Shown one piece after another: positions 1 to 13,164 of a stretch of 64,000 nt of DNA. Every line of letters begins with the position of its first letter. Position 1 is the first letter of the stretch. The notes under the pieces were generated by a model. That model was given only the letters and a program-made list of their open reading frames with translations. It was not told where the DNA came from and did not search any database. The stretch lies in assembly GCF_020745735.1 (NCBI RefSeq), contig NC_083409.1:18496341-18560340 (forward strand), in the 5' to 3' direction. This stretch comes from Hemiscyllium ocellatum. Taxonomy: Eukaryota. A program made the position numbers and the translations under genes.

Positions 1-1700
1 CTGGATGGTACCACGAGCCAATGTCTAACCAACCATTCTTCATCTGGGGGTCCATGGAGGGGCGGTGGGGTGGGGGGGTGGGGGGTGGTCTCCACTTCCT
101 CATCAGTGCTCCATTCTGAAGATAATAGCATTCTGAAACCCCTCCAGCCTCGACCTCAGTATGAGCTGGCAGTGCTTATTTATTTCATTCGGGATCTGCT
201 TTTTGGATCTGCTGTAATTAGTGACATCATACCAAACACTCCATCTGAATTGTCTTCACCCTTTTGGAAAGTTTCAATGATCCTTTCACTTGCTGTGGTG
301 TCACATCAACCCTTATTGATGGATTTTGTTTAACCATTGCCCTGGTTACCCCACACGAAGGAGAGAGACCAGGAACCTGTTCCTGTCATTGTTCTGTTTC
401 TTGGCCCTCCTTTGGACATTCTGTAATTATCGGGGAAGCTACTGCCTTCAGTCCTGACAAACCATTCCCCAGAAGGAAATCGACTCCCTCAACAGGGAAT
501 GTTTTCCCCACTCCGACAATTACTTCTCCTGATAACAAATCACATTCCAGTTGTACTTTATGAGTGGAAGTGGAATATATTCTCCACCAATCCCATTGAT
601 GAACACCTTAGAATCCATCGAGCTCTCTGGAGGGAAAATCAATTCTTTCTCCAGTAAAAGTGATTGTATTGCCCCTGTATCTCTCAGTTTGATTCTGGGT
701 TTAGCTGAAGAAAAAGGAGTCACCATTCCTTTTGATAAAAATCCTGTCCACCTCTTATCTACCTTCCAACTTCCTTTACTGATGACAGAATTCACCTCCA
801 GCCTTTTTGTTATAGTTACAGCTACAACCTGCTCCATGGGATTATCTGTTTGCATTCCCTCCTCTGACTCATTTTAATTAACTCCCATAAATCTCCTGGG
901 TCTACCTCACAGCTTCCAACATTCCATACGCACATGGCCCACCTTATTCCAAGAGAATCATTTCAACTTCTGATCATCGCTTCCACCCTCAGCAATTTCC
1001 TTCTTAATCTGAAGAGTAGTTCTTGGGCAGGTCCCTCCTGTCCATTCTCTCCCCTGTCTACCTGCCTTCCACACACACTCCCAATTTTTATTTTTCTTCC
1101 ATTTCTGGGCCTGATGGGTAAAAGGTTTCTGGATTAATCACCCATCAGGTGACTTCTCCACCTCCTGATGCTGCTGGGTTGTTGTGCTCTTCCAGCCTCC
1201 TGTTTGTTGACTTTGGATTCCAGCATCTGCAAGGTTTTGGCTTTAATGAAGACTATAATCATTAACCATTCTAGCTGCTTGTCATGCTGTTCTTCCCCTT
1301 CAGGCTTTTACATGAATTCTGATTCTAGAAGGGAAGGAAGTTTTAAATTCTTCTAAGAGAATAATTTCTCCGACAGCATTGTAAGTATTCTCAGCTGTTA
1401 ATGCTCTATCCACCTGTCAACATTATTTTGCTGAATTCTCTCAAACTCAGTAGAAGTTTGTGGAGGCTGTTTCTGTAAGTTCTGAAACATCTGTCTGTAT
1501 GTTTCTGGGATCAACGCATCTGTGCTTTTCACCTTTTGACTTCCTCGTGATCCTGAGAATGTTCCTCTGGCAGGGATCTAGAAACTTCTTGTGCTTCCCA
1601 AGTTAATTTTGCATGGGCAAACTCCATTGTTTTTCCTCGCCTCACTTGTTTAAATATCTTCTCAAAAGACATGAAAAATGTCTCCACCTCCTTCTCTTCA
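1..1700 (-). mobile_element. Degenerate Gypsy LTR retrotransposon (Gmr1-like) gag - zinc knuckle - protease segment
   Basis: Minus-strand translation gives gag motifs (EVETFFMSFEK; IILLEEFK), a decayed CCHC knuckle (WNKVGHVRMECWKL, ~900-960), aspartic protease LRDTGA (ORF 520-855), then PSCGVTRAM and CYYLQNGALMRKWRP. Stops and frameshifts throughout; a short repeat interrupts it at ~1140-1250. Confidence 0.8.
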
Positions 1701-1704
1701 TAGT

Positions 1705-3300
1705 CATAGAGTCATAAAGCAAACAAACAGGCCCTTCTGCCCACCATGTTGATGCTGATCAGGAAACACCAAACTGCACTAATCCCATTTACCTGCACTT
1801 GGTCCATAGTCTTCCATGCCCTGGCATTTTATGTGCTCATCTGGATGTGTCTTAAATGTTGTGAGAGGAGCTGCCTCCATCACCTTCTCAAGCAGCACAT
1901 TCCATATTTCTACCACCCTCTGGGGTAAAAAAACTCCTCAATTCCCTTCTCCACCACCTTTTCATCCCATTAAGCTTATTCCCTCCGGTCATAGACATGT
2001 CTGCCATGGGGAAAAGATGATCACAATTGACTTTGTCTATGTCCCTCGGAATTTTGTATATCTTAATCAGATTCACCACCCCCTTCCACCACGCGCCCCC
2101 CCCCGCCACCCCTACACTCTTCATCTGCTCCACAGGAAACAAACCCAGTTGATCAAGTCTCTCTCCTCATAACTAACACTTTCCATCCCAAGCAACATCC
2201 TGGTGAATCTCTTCTCCACCCTCTCCAGTCCAATCATGTTCTTCCAACAGTGATATGTACACAGTGTTCCAGATATGGCCTAACCAATGCTCTGTAAATT
2301 AACAACGACACTTCCTTACTCCGATCTTCTACACACTGGCTAATGATGGCAAGCATCCCATGTGCCTTCTTTACCACCCTGTCTAGCTGTGCTGATACCT
2401 TCCAGGATCGATGGAGTTGTACACCAAGGTCCCTTTGTTCCTCACTACTCCCAAGGAACATAAGATCATAAGAACTAGGAGCAGGAGTTGGCCATCTGGC
2501 TCTTCGAGCCTGCTCCACTGTGCAATAAGATCATGGCTGATCCTTTCCTGGACTCAACTCCACATACCTGCGCTCTCATCTTATCTTTTAATTCCTTTAT
2601 TTTTCAAAATAAATCTGAGCTCTAAAAATGTTTACTGAAGAAACATCAACTACTTCATTGGGCAAGGAATTTCATAGATTTTGACCGTCTGGGTGAAGAA
2701 GTTCCTTCTCAATTCAATCCTAAATCTGCACCCCTTAATTTTGAGGTGATGCCCTCTTGTCCAAGTTTCACCTGCCAGTGGAAATATTCTCTCTACTTCT
2801 GTTTTATCTATTCTCTTCATAATTTTATATGTTTCTATAAGATCTCCCTCATTCTTCTAAGTTCCAATGAATATATGTCAATCTACTCAGTCTCTCCTCA
2901 TAAGCCAACACCCTTAACCCTGGAGTCAACCTTCTCTGCACCCCTTCTAGTGCCAGTACATCCTTTCTCAAGTAAGGAGACCAAAACTGCACAAAGTACT
3001 CCAGGTGTAGCCTCACCAGCACCCTGTTCAGCTGCAACATAACCTTCCCGCTTTTTAAACTCAATCCCTTTAGCAATGAAGGACAAAATTCCATTTGCCT
3101 TCCTAATTGCTTATTGTACCTGTAGACCAAACCTCTGTGATTCATGCATAAGGACACTCAAGACACATAACTTTCATTGTGTATATCCTTCCCTTATTAG
3201 ACCTCCCAAATTGGATCACCTTACACTTGTCAGGATTAAATTCCATCTGTCATTGTTCTGCTCAATTACCAGCTGATCAATATCAGACTGTAGCCTGAGA
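1705..3300 (-). mobile_element. Nested CR1-clade LINE 3' fragments
   Basis: CATAGAGTCATA-type tail at ~1705; ORFs 2234-2518 and 2849-3157 encode CR1 RT C-terminal motifs (LYRALVRPYLEHC; LEYFVQFWSPYLRKD). Confidence 0.85.
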
Positions 3301-3307
3301 CCCAGTA

Positions 3308-4048
3308 ATCCAAGATGGCAGCAGAGTAGGACTCTTCAGACCAAGTTCATCTGATCCGTCTGTTTCCTTTTCTGCTTTTTCTTCCATTGGTTTTTATTTT
3401 CTTTTGTGTTTTTCTTTTGTCATTCTCTCTTCTTTTCTCTCCCAGCCATGGACTCCAAGCCTCACTCGCCAGACGTCTGACCAGTGCAGCCCCAGTGTTG
3501 CAGCCTCTTGACTTGGTGTGGCAGAGTCCTGACCTGGCAGAGAGACCTCCCAGCTCGGTGAGGCAGACTCTCGGTCTGACGTGTTGGGCTCTCAGTTTAA
3601 TGTGGTGGCCTCTCGGCTCAGAATGCTCGACTGTCACTCCAGCGTGATGGACTCTTGGCCTAGCATGGCGATCTCTCAATGGTCCAGCGTGGTTGTCTCT
3701 CGACTCACAGGATGGTCTTTTGCTGTATATGGTGGTCTTTAAGCCCAGCACAGCCTCAGCTTGCCTGCTGGTCTCGAAGTGAATAAATCAAAGTATGATC
3801 CCACGGTAGCCAAACACTTAAGAAAGACTGTAATGATTGAACTTCCAGATTTATTTCTTTATTTTCTTCTTAAAACTAAAAGGTCAAGATGTCTGTAATG
3901 TGTAACTGTTAAATTTATTCTTTCTTTATATCTTGTTCTTAAGATTCTGTACCTCGGTCCTTGTTCCTCAGATGGCTCCTTCCAAGTTGACATCACATAC
4001 TTTTGTATTTGAGTCCATGTAACAATAAAATAAAATAAAATCAATATC
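3308..4048 (+). mobile_element. Non-coding SINE-like / non-autonomous retroposon inserted in a CR1
   Basis: Begins with CAAGATGGC (YY1-like), then a T-rich tract and degenerate internal repeats; ends TGTAACAATAAAATAAAATAAAATCAA. CR1 sequence resumes on both sides. Confidence 0.4.
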
Positions 4049-5982
4049 AACAACACCACCAATTTACATGGCATCTGAAAACGTTCTTATTATACAATCA
4101 CAGTCAATTCATTAAGGTATATTACAAACAGAAAGGGTCGCAGCCCCAATTCCTGTCATATACCACTGGTCACAGGCTTCCAATTACGAAGACAACCCTT
4201 CACCAACTTGTCAACTTGCCTTGGATCCCATGGGCTCTGACCATCTGGACCAGCCTTCCATGTGGGGCCTTTGTCAAACAAATCAATACTGGCATCCCGA
4301 CCTCTCCAAGTATTTCCTAGTCCTGTACTTCAGGACTTTTTCTAATAATTGCCCTCACACTGACATCAGACTAACTGGTCTGGAATTGCCTGGCCTATCC
4401 CTGCTGTTCTTCTTGAACAAAGGAACCACATTGACAATCCTCCAGTCTGGCACTTCACCTGTGGCCAGCGACGTATTAATCAAGGAAAAGGTAATCAAAC
4501 TTTCAAGACAATGAAATGAAAACTACAGTTAAGTTAAACCTAAAGACGCGTTAGAGAAATGAACCCCTTCTCCCTGTTATTTAAGTACAATAAAGCAATA
4601 ATGTTAGAATAGAAAGGATTTTATTTTGCCGTGTTTTGAAATTGTGTTTTCTGTCAGTATGTTTTATTTTATCTTCATTTCTTTTGTGCACTGAGGTCTT
4701 ATTATTCAATCTAAATCATCAGCATTGCGTACTTATGCTCTACAGCTGCTGCAGACCAACTGCATTTCTTCAGCAGTTTCTGTTTGTGTTTCAGTCTGAG
4801 ATCTGTGTTGTCCAATAATACCAGCAGTTGGGATGGGAATAGTTGGCTAGCATCATGATTGTCACTCTAATTAGAAATTGACACTTCGTATTTGACAAAT
4901 CCAACAAATCCTTACATTGTTTTCACATCTGTCAGTCACCACATCACTGCCACCGCTCTTACCTTTCCAGAATCCAGGCAAAACCTTTTGCTCTCAGTAT
5001 GTGATTTATGTACTTAACTTGGGCATCTTTAATTGCAAACTTTCTTGTTCAGCTTAATGACTCTTTCTTTCTTGTTCAGCTCCTGACAAGCTACACCCAG
5101 CAGGCCACTAGATGATGGTTGTGGTCAGCAATGCTTTGTATCTAGAATAGCCCACTTTCTCCCTATCCTTCTCACTCACACTCTCAACTGATTACCCGGG
5201 CATCGCGGCAGCTTGCCGTGTTTGAGGAGAAATTGACTCGAAATTGAATCAACTGTTGGTATTTCATGTGGCCATTCAATTGAAAAAAACAAGTATATTT
5301 ACACTGAAGTTAATAAATTATAAATGTATAATAATTGGACAGAATGATATATTAAACTTTGCAGCATTTGAGGGATATAACTTTTGCTGGTTTGTCAAGA
5401 ATGCCGGTTCGTAAGGTACAGGTTACAACAACATTTGCTGCGCATCTTTTATAATAGACTCCCGTATTTCTCCCACTACTGATGTCAAGCTAACTGGTCG
5501 ACAAAAACCACTGTGTTCTCTCTGTCTTCCTTCTTAAATAGTGGGGTTATGTTAGCCACTTTCCAGTACATAGGAACTGCTCCTGAGTCTAGATTTCTGA
5601 AAGATGACGACGAGTGCATCTATTCTTTCTAATGCCACTTTCCTAAGTATTCTGGGATGAGGGGATAAGGCTGCCAAAGATATTTTATGGCTCCTCTTTG
5701 TCCTCCTATTTTTTAAGCACCTCCCCACACTTTCTCTTCTCCTGAAGGGCCTCCCCTCTTTATGATGCTCTGTACTTGATATGTGCTTATTCCTTTTTCT
5801 TTCTCAAACTATCCATGTCCTTTGACATCCAGGATCCCAGGAGCTGCTGTCCTTGCCTTTCTTTCTGAGCTGATCCTGAACTACATTAAAAAGATCCCCA
5901 CTTTCCAAATGTACACTGACCTCCAAGTAACTGCCCCCAGTCTATATTTGCCAGATCCTGTCTAATGAAATTGAAATTGGCC

Positions 5983-6078
5983 TTGAAGAAGGGCTTATGC
6001 CCGAAGCGTTGAATCTCCTGTTCCTTGGATCCTGCCTGACCTGCTGCGCTTTTCCAGCAACACATTTTCAGCTCTTGA
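5983..6078 (+). mobile_element. Short Penelope-type terminal-repeat element with decayed minimal hammerhead core
   Basis: TTGAAGA-A-GGGC-TTAT-GCCC-GAAGCGTT followed by the family body TGCCTGACCTGCTGCGCTTTTCCAGCAACAC. Confidence 0.65.
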
Positions 6079-6689
6079 CTCACTTTAGACACTTAACTTC
6101 TGCGCTACCCTTATTCCTTTCCATAATAATTAGGAAACGTACGAAGTTATGTTCCCTATCTCCAAAATGCTCACCCATTGACTCTTCAACATTACTCGGA
6201 TTGAGCCCAGCACTGCCCATGTCTAGTGGGACTATCTACGTACTGGCACCAAAAGTTCTTCTGGTTGGACTTTAAAAATTCCATTCACATGAAGTCAAAT
6301 ATAAAGTTTATGTTAGAGAAGTTGAAATTCCTTGCTAATATAGCCCTATTCCTCTCACGTCTCTCAGTGATTTGCCGACATATCTGCTCCTCTCTCTCCA
6401 TCTGACTATTGGGGAGCCTGTAGTATAATCCCAGCAAAGTGATTGTCCTTTTGTCTAGCTCTACCCAGATGGCGTCATTTGAAGACCCTTCCAAGAAATG
6501 CTCCTTCAGTAGCAATACTGCAATCATGGTTTCTTTTATCAATAATGCAACACACCCACCTCTCTTGCACCCTGTCTATCTCACCTCAGGCTTGTCTACC
6601 CTGGAATGTTGAGCGGCCAGTCCTATCTTTGTTCAATCATGTCTCAGCAATTGCAACAATATGATATTCCAAAAAGACAATGCAACAGC

Positions 6690-7790
6690 ATATGAAATAG
6701 CATCAGAGGTATGGTTAGTCAGTTTGCAGATGAAACCAAAAATGGAGGTAGAGTGGACAGCAAAGAAGGTTAGGAGAAAGTGAGGACTGCAGATGCTGGA
6801 CATCAGAGCTTAAAATGTGTTGCTGGAAAAGCGCAGCAGGTCAGGCAGCATCAAAGGAGCAGGAGAATCGATGTTTCGGGCATAAACCCTTCTTCAGGGA
6901 TTTCTTTTAAGCAAAGAAGGTTACCTCTGATTACAACGGGATCTTGATCAGATGGGCCAATGGGCTGAGGAGTGGCAGATGGAGTTTAACTCAGATAAAG
7001 GCGAGGTGATGCATTTTGGGAAAGCAAACCTTAGCAGGACTTATACACTTAATGGTAAAGTCCTAGAGAGTGTTGCTGAACAAAGAGACCTTGGAGTGCA
7101 GGTTCATAGCTCCTTGAAAGTGGAGTCATAGGTAGATAGGATCGTGAAGAAGGTGTCTGCTATGTTTTCCTTTATTGGTCAGAGTATCGAATACAAGAGT
7201 TGGGAGGTCATGTTGTGGCTGTATAGGACATTGGTGAGGCCACTGTTGAAATATTCTGGTCTCCTTCCTATCGGAAAGATGTTGTGAAACTTGAAAGTGT
7301 TCAAAAAAGATTTATTAGGATGTTACCAGGGTTGGAGGATTTGAGCTAAAGTGAGAGGCTGAACAGACTGGGGCTGTTTTCCCTGGAGCGGCAGAGGCTG
7401 AGGGGTGACCTTATAGAGGTTTACAAAATTATGAGGGGCATGGATAGGATAAATAGTCAAAGTCTTTTCCCTGGGGTTGGGGAGTCCAGAACTAGAGGAC
7501 ATAGGTTTAGGATGAGAAGGGAAAGATATAAAAGAGACGTAAGGGACAACTTTTTCACGCAGAGGGTGGTACATGTATGGAATGAGCTGCCAGAGGAAGT
7601 TGTGGAGGCTGGTACAATTGCAACAATTAAAAGGCATTTGGATGCACACATGAATAAAAAGGGTTTGGAGGGATGTGGGCCGGGTGCTGGCAGGTGGGAC
7701 TAGATGGGTTTGGGATATCTGGTCGGCATGGACAGGTTGGACCAAAGGGTTTGTTTCCATGCTGTACATCTCTATGTCTCGCTGACTCTA
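6690..7790 (+). mobile_element. CR1 LINE 3' portion (RT C-terminus and 3' tail)
   Basis: WAEEWQMEFN, CEVMHFG and NFFTQRVVHVWNELPEEVVEAG motifs (ORF 7431-7703); ends in the CR1 tail CTGTACATCTCTATG. Confidence 0.9.
6775..6903 (-). mobile_element. Short Penelope-type element with minimal hammerhead core, inserted in CR1
   Basis: Minus strand reads CTGAAGA-A-GGGT-TTAT-GCCC-GAAACATC-GATT, then the ~100-bp family body ending GCAGTCCTCACTTTCTCC. Confidence 0.7.
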
Positions 7791-8209
7791 TATTCCCAAG
7801 TGCCGTTCAATGTTCTCAGTTCAATCACATTACTGGTCAAGCTCCTTACATTGAAATAGCTGCAATTCAGCTTTCTGATCCTCCTGTATTCTGGATCGTG
7901 TCCTAGTGGTCACTCAGTGGTTTTTTGAGTAGCCCTTACTTTCCCATGAAGGGAAACATTGAGCATTAACTTTAGGGAATTTTAGACCAATTAGTCGGAC
8001 ATCAGCAGTGGAGAAAAAGCTCAAATTCATTATAAAATATTTTATAGCTTCGCAGTGAGAAAACAGTGACAGAATTGGACAGAGTCAGCATGGATTGTCA
8101 AAAGAAAAATCATGCTTAACAAATCGACTGGACTTGTTTGAGGATGTAATGAGTGGATTTGACAAGGGGGAGCCAGAGGATGTGGTTTATTTGGACTTTG
8201 TAAGGGGAA

Positions 8210-11200
8210 TAGATAGGTGGTTCTGTGGTCAAAAACGAGACTCCCGAATAGCTCTGAAGGGGGAGGGTGGACAGATAGCTGTGCTGGTGCATGTAGGCTG
8301 CAATGATATATGTAATAAACGAGATGAGGTTCAACATGCAGAATTTAGGGAGTTAGGAACCACATTAAAAATAAGGACCTCAGAGGTAGTAATCTCAGGA
8401 TTGCAACCAGTGCCGCATATTAGTCAGAATAGACATGGAAGAATAGGCAGGATGAATGAGTGGCTTGAGAGATGGCACAGTGGGGGGGGTGGGGGGGTTC
8501 AGATTTTTGGGACATTGGGATTGGTTCTGGGGGAGGTGGGACTACTACAAATCAAGAATGCCTGCACCTGGGCAGGACTGGAACCAATGTCCTCCAGCCC
8601 ACTTTTGCTCACGTTCTTGGGGACGGTTCAAAATAATGTAGCAGAGTGATGGGAACCAAATGAGGAGGTTAGTGGACAGTAATGAAGTAGTAACTAAAGC
8701 CTGTAAGGAACTAAGTAATGAAATCAGCGTGACTAAGGGTAAGAATAGGTAGATGATGAACGCAAAGGGGCAGGTGGTCTGAGGTGCATTCTGCGGCACG
8801 GTGGCACAGTGGTTAGCACTGCTGCCTCACAGTGTCTGAGACCCAGGTTCAATTCCCGATGCAGGCGACTGACTGTGGAGTTTGCATGTTCTCCCCGTGT
8901 CTGTGTGGGTTTCCTCCGGGTGCTCCGGTTTCCTCTCACAGTCCAAAGATGTACGGGTCAGGTGAATTGGCCATGCTAAATTTCCCGTAGTGTTAGGTAA
9001 GGGGTAAATGTAGGGGTATGGGTGGATTGCGCTTCGGCGGGTCGGTGTGGACTTGTTGGGCCGAAGGGCCTGTTTCCACACTGTAAGTAATCTAATCTAA
9101 TCTAATCAAAAAGTGTCGTAGGTAAGGCAGAGGAATTTAGGGCTTGGATTAGTATCTGGGAGTATGATGTTATTGCTATTACTGTGACTTGGTTGAGGGA
9201 AGGGCAAGATTGGCAACTAAATATCCCAGGATACAGATGTATCAGATGGTTTCGAGAGGGAGGTAAAAGGGGTAGAGGAGTAGCATTACTGGTCAGAGAG
9301 GATATCACAGCTGTGCTGAAGGAAGGCACTATGGAGGACTTGAGCACAGGGGCAATTTGGGCAGACCTCAGAAACAGGAAGGGTACAGTAACAATGCTGT
9401 GGCTTACTATAGTCCTCCCAACAGCCAGCGCGAGGTAGCGGTCAAATATGTAAACAGATTATGGAAGATGTAGGAGCAACAGGGTGGTAGTGATGGGAGA
9501 TTTTAATTTTCCCAACATTGACGGGGATTCACTTAAAGTTATAGGTTTATACAGAACAAAATTTGTAAGGAGCACCCAGCAGGATTTTACATAGTATGTA
9601 AATAGTTCAACTCAGGAAGGGGCCATACCGGACCTGGTGTTGGGGAATGAGCCCGGCCAGGTGGTTGAAATCTCAGTCGGGGATTACTTTGGGAACAGTG
9701 ATCACAATTCCGTAAGTGTTTAGAATGCTAATGGACAAAGACGAGAGTGGTCCGAAAGGAAGAGGGCTAAACTGGGGGAAGGCACTATAGCAAAATTCGG
9801 CAGAAGCTGGGGAATGTGGATTGGGAGCAGCTGTTTGAGGGTAAATCCACATTTGAAATGTCGGAGGCTTTTAAAGAGAGGTTGATTAGAATGCAGGACA
9901 GACATGACCCTGTGACAATGAGGGATTGAAATGACAAGGTTAGGGAACCCTGGATGACAGGTGAAATTGTGAGACTAGCTAAGAGGAAAAAGGATGCATA
10001 CATAAGGTCTAGGTGGCTGACAACAGGCAAAGCGTTGGAAGAATATTGGGAAACTAGGACCAATCTGAAATTAGGAATTAAAAGGACTAAAAGGGCTCAC
10101 AAAACATCATTAGCAAAATTGGTTAAGGAAATCCCAAAGCCTTTATTCATATATGAGGAGCAAGAGGGTGACTAGAGAAAGGGTTGCCCACTCATAGACA
10201 GAGGAAAGTTATGCATGGAGTCAGGGAAAATGGGAGAGATTCTAAATGAGTGGTTTGTTTTGGTACTCACCAAGGAGAGGGAAAAGCTGGACGTTGAAGT
10301 TGGGGATAGATGTTTGATTACTCTTAGTCAAGTTGGTTTAAGGAGGGAGAAAGTGTTGTGTATTCTAAAAGGCATTAAGGTGGACAGGTCCCCAGGTCAG
10401 GATGGAATCTATCCCCGGGTACTGTGGGAAGCAAGAGAGGAGATAGCTGGGGCCTTAAGAGATATCTTTGTAGCAATCTTGAACATGGGTGAGGTCCCAG
10501 AGGACTGGAGAATAGCTAATGGTGTCCCCTTGTATAAAAAGAGTAGCAAAGATAATCCAGGTAATTATCAAGCGGTGAGCCTGACGTCAGTGGAAGGGAA
10601 GCTGCTGAATCAGATACTGATTTGGAAGAAAATGGATGTATCAGTGATAGGCAACATGATTTTGTGCAGGGAATTTCATGTCTTACCTACTTCATAGAAT
10701 TTTTTGAAGAAGTGACGAATTGATAGATTGCGGAACAGCTGTAGATGTCATACACATGGACTTCAGTATGGTGTTTGATAACATTCCCCATGTAGCCTGA
10801 TAGAGAAATTAAAGTCGCATGGGGTCCAGTATGTACTAGCTAGATGGATATAGAACAGGCTGGGCAACAGGAGACAGAGAGTAGTAGTGGAAGGGAGTTT
10901 CTCAAAATGGAGAACAGGAATCTGTGCTGAAAACACTCTTGTTTATATTATAGAAATATAAATGATCTGGAAGAAGGTATAGGTGGTCTGATTAACAAGT
11001 TTGCAGATGACACTAAGATTGGTGGAGGAGCAGGGGACTATCAGAGAATGCAGCAGAATATAGATAGATTGGAGAGTTGGGCAGAGAAACGGACAGATGG
11101 AGTTCAATCCGGGCAAATGTGATCTGATGAATTTTGGAAGATCCAATTCTGGAGTAAACTATATGCTGAATGGAAAGCCCTGAGGAAAATTGATGCACAG

Positions 11201-11860
11201 AGAGATCTGGATGTTCGGGTCCATTGTACCCTGAAGGTGGTAATGCAGACGGCATGCTTTCCTTCATCGGTTGGGGTACAAGAGTAGGCAGGTCATGTTA
11301 GAATTGTATCGGAATTTGCCTTGGCCACATTTGGAATATTGCATACAGTTCTGGTCGCCACATTACCGAAAGGATGAGGATGCTTTGGAGACGGTGCAGT
11401 GGAGCTTAACCAGGATTGTTTCATATGGAGGGTGTGAGCTATGAAGAGAGGTTGAGTAGATTAGCATCATTTTCAATAGAAAGTTGAAGATTGAGGGAGG
11501 ACCTGCTAGAGGTCTACAAAATCATGAGAGCTATAAACAGGGTGGATAGCAAGAAGATTTTTCCCAGAGTGAGGGTTCAATTACTAGGCACCATGGGTTC
11601 AAGGTGAGAGGAGGAAGGTTTAAGGGAGATATGCGTGGAAAGTTTTTTACGCAGAGAGTGGTTGGTACCTGGAACACGTTTCCAGCGGAAGTGGTAGAGG
11701 CGGGCATGATAGCATCATTGAGATAGATGCATGAATTGGCAGGGAGCAGAGGGATACAGATCCTTGGAAAATTGATGATAGGTCTAGATAGAAGCAATGG
11801 ATCAGTGCAGGCTTGGAGGGCCGAAGGGCCTGTTCCTGTTTTGTAATTTTCTTTGTCCCT
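8210..11860 (+). mobile_element. Near full-length degenerate CR1 LINE (ORF1 esterase, endonuclease, RT, 3' tail)
   Basis: ORF1 SGNH-esterase motif VHVGCNDI (ORF 8095-8649); endonuclease YDVIAITVTW and VVMGDFNFPNID; RT-proximal SPGQDGIYPRVL and GNYQAVSLTS (ORF 10215-10697); KFADDTK at ~10996. Many stops; a V-SINE interrupts it at 8793-9107. Confidence 0.9.
8793..9107 (+). mobile_element. Young HE1-like V-SINE, (TAATC)n tail
   Basis: tRNA-like head GCGGCACGGTGGCACAGTGGTTAGCACTG with B box GGTTCAATTCC, V-domain GTGGAGTTTGCATGTTCTCCCCGTGTCTG, tail GGGCCTGTTTCCACACTGTAAG(TAATC)n. Confidence 0.9.
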
Positions 11861-11879
11861 TGTTCTTGGACCTGAAAAA

Positions 11880-13140
11880 GCTCAAAGGAACAGAGTGATC
11901 TTGGGGTACTTGTCCACTGATCCCTGAATGTGGCAAGACAGGTTAACAGAGCAGTTATGAAGGCACAGGGGACACTTGCCTTGGTCATTTCAGGTATTGA
12001 TTAAGCAGAACATTGGTGAGGCCACAGCTGGAGTACTGTGTGCAGTTCAGCTCACCACACCATAGGAAGGATGTGATTGCACTGGAAGGGGTGGAGAGGG
12101 GAATCACCAGGATGTTGTGTGGGATGGAACCTTTCAGTGATGAAGAGAAATTGGATCAGCTCGGGTTGTTTTCTTCAGAGCAGAGAAGGTGGAAGGGGCA
12201 CCTGATAGAGGTGTATAAGGTTATGAGGAGAATGGACAGGGAGGAGACAAAGCAGCTGTTCTCCTTCATGGGAGAGTCAATAATAAGTTGGTTTACATTC
12301 ATTGTGAAAGATAGGAAGTTTCAAGATGTTTTGAGGAAAATGTTTTTACCCAGAGGGTGGTGGGGGTCTGGAACGCACAGCCTGGGAGGGTAGTTGACGT
12401 GGGAAACCTTAAAAACTTTAAAATGTACTTGGGTGAGCAGTTGAAATGTCATAACTTTCTAGCTGTGGGCCTCATGTTGGAAAGTGGGATTGGTATAGGT
12501 TTAGTGTAGTTTGGCTGGTACATAGTTAATGGGCTGAAGGGCCTCTTCTATACTGTGTGATTTTATGATTGTATTGTGTGCAGTTTTGGTCTCCTTATCT
12601 GAGGAAGGATGTTCTGGTTGTGGAGGGAGGGCAGCAAAGGTTTATCAGACTGATTCCTGGGAGGACAGCACTTAGATTTGATGAGAAACTGGATCAGTTA
12701 GGATTATATTCACTGGAGTTTAGAAGATTGAGAGGAATCGCACTGAAACCTTTAAGATCCTAACAGGACAAGACTGGAAAAACACAGGAAGGATGTTCCT
12801 GATCACTGGGGAATCCAGAACCAGGAATTACAGTTTAAAGAAAAGGGAAAGGTTATTTCAGACTGAGCTGAGGAGACATTTCTTTAGCCAGAGAGTGGGA
12901 AGCGAGTGGAATATTCTATCACAGAAAGCGGTTGAGACTAAAACATTAAAAGTTTTCAAGAAGTAGATATGCCTAAAGGGACTTAGGACTAAAAGGATTA
13001 AGGCTATGAGGAAAAAGTGGGAATGGGGACTAAGTTGAATGATCAGCCATGGTCATATTTAATGGCAGACCCCATTCGAAGGGCTGAATGGCCTAGTCCT
13101 GCTGCTCGGTCCTTTGTTTCTGTGTTTGAGAGACTGTCCA
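11880..13140 (+). mobile_element. Two tandem CR1 3' fragments
   Basis: ORFs 12013-12393 (VRPQLEYCVQF...RKDV) and 12569-12763 (YCVQFWSPYLRKD). Confidence 0.85.
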
Positions 13141-13164
13141 TAAACATGGAAACATGTGGAATTA

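Noticed and set aside
5041-5115. Duplicated acceptor-like TTTCTTGTTCAGCT followed by a short ORF
   Set aside because: An 11-codon frame with no recognisable homology; a small local duplication is enough to explain it.
8793-8870. SINE heads as tRNA genes
   Set aside because: They lack a complete cloverleaf and continue into the V-domain; these are tRNA-derived SINEs.
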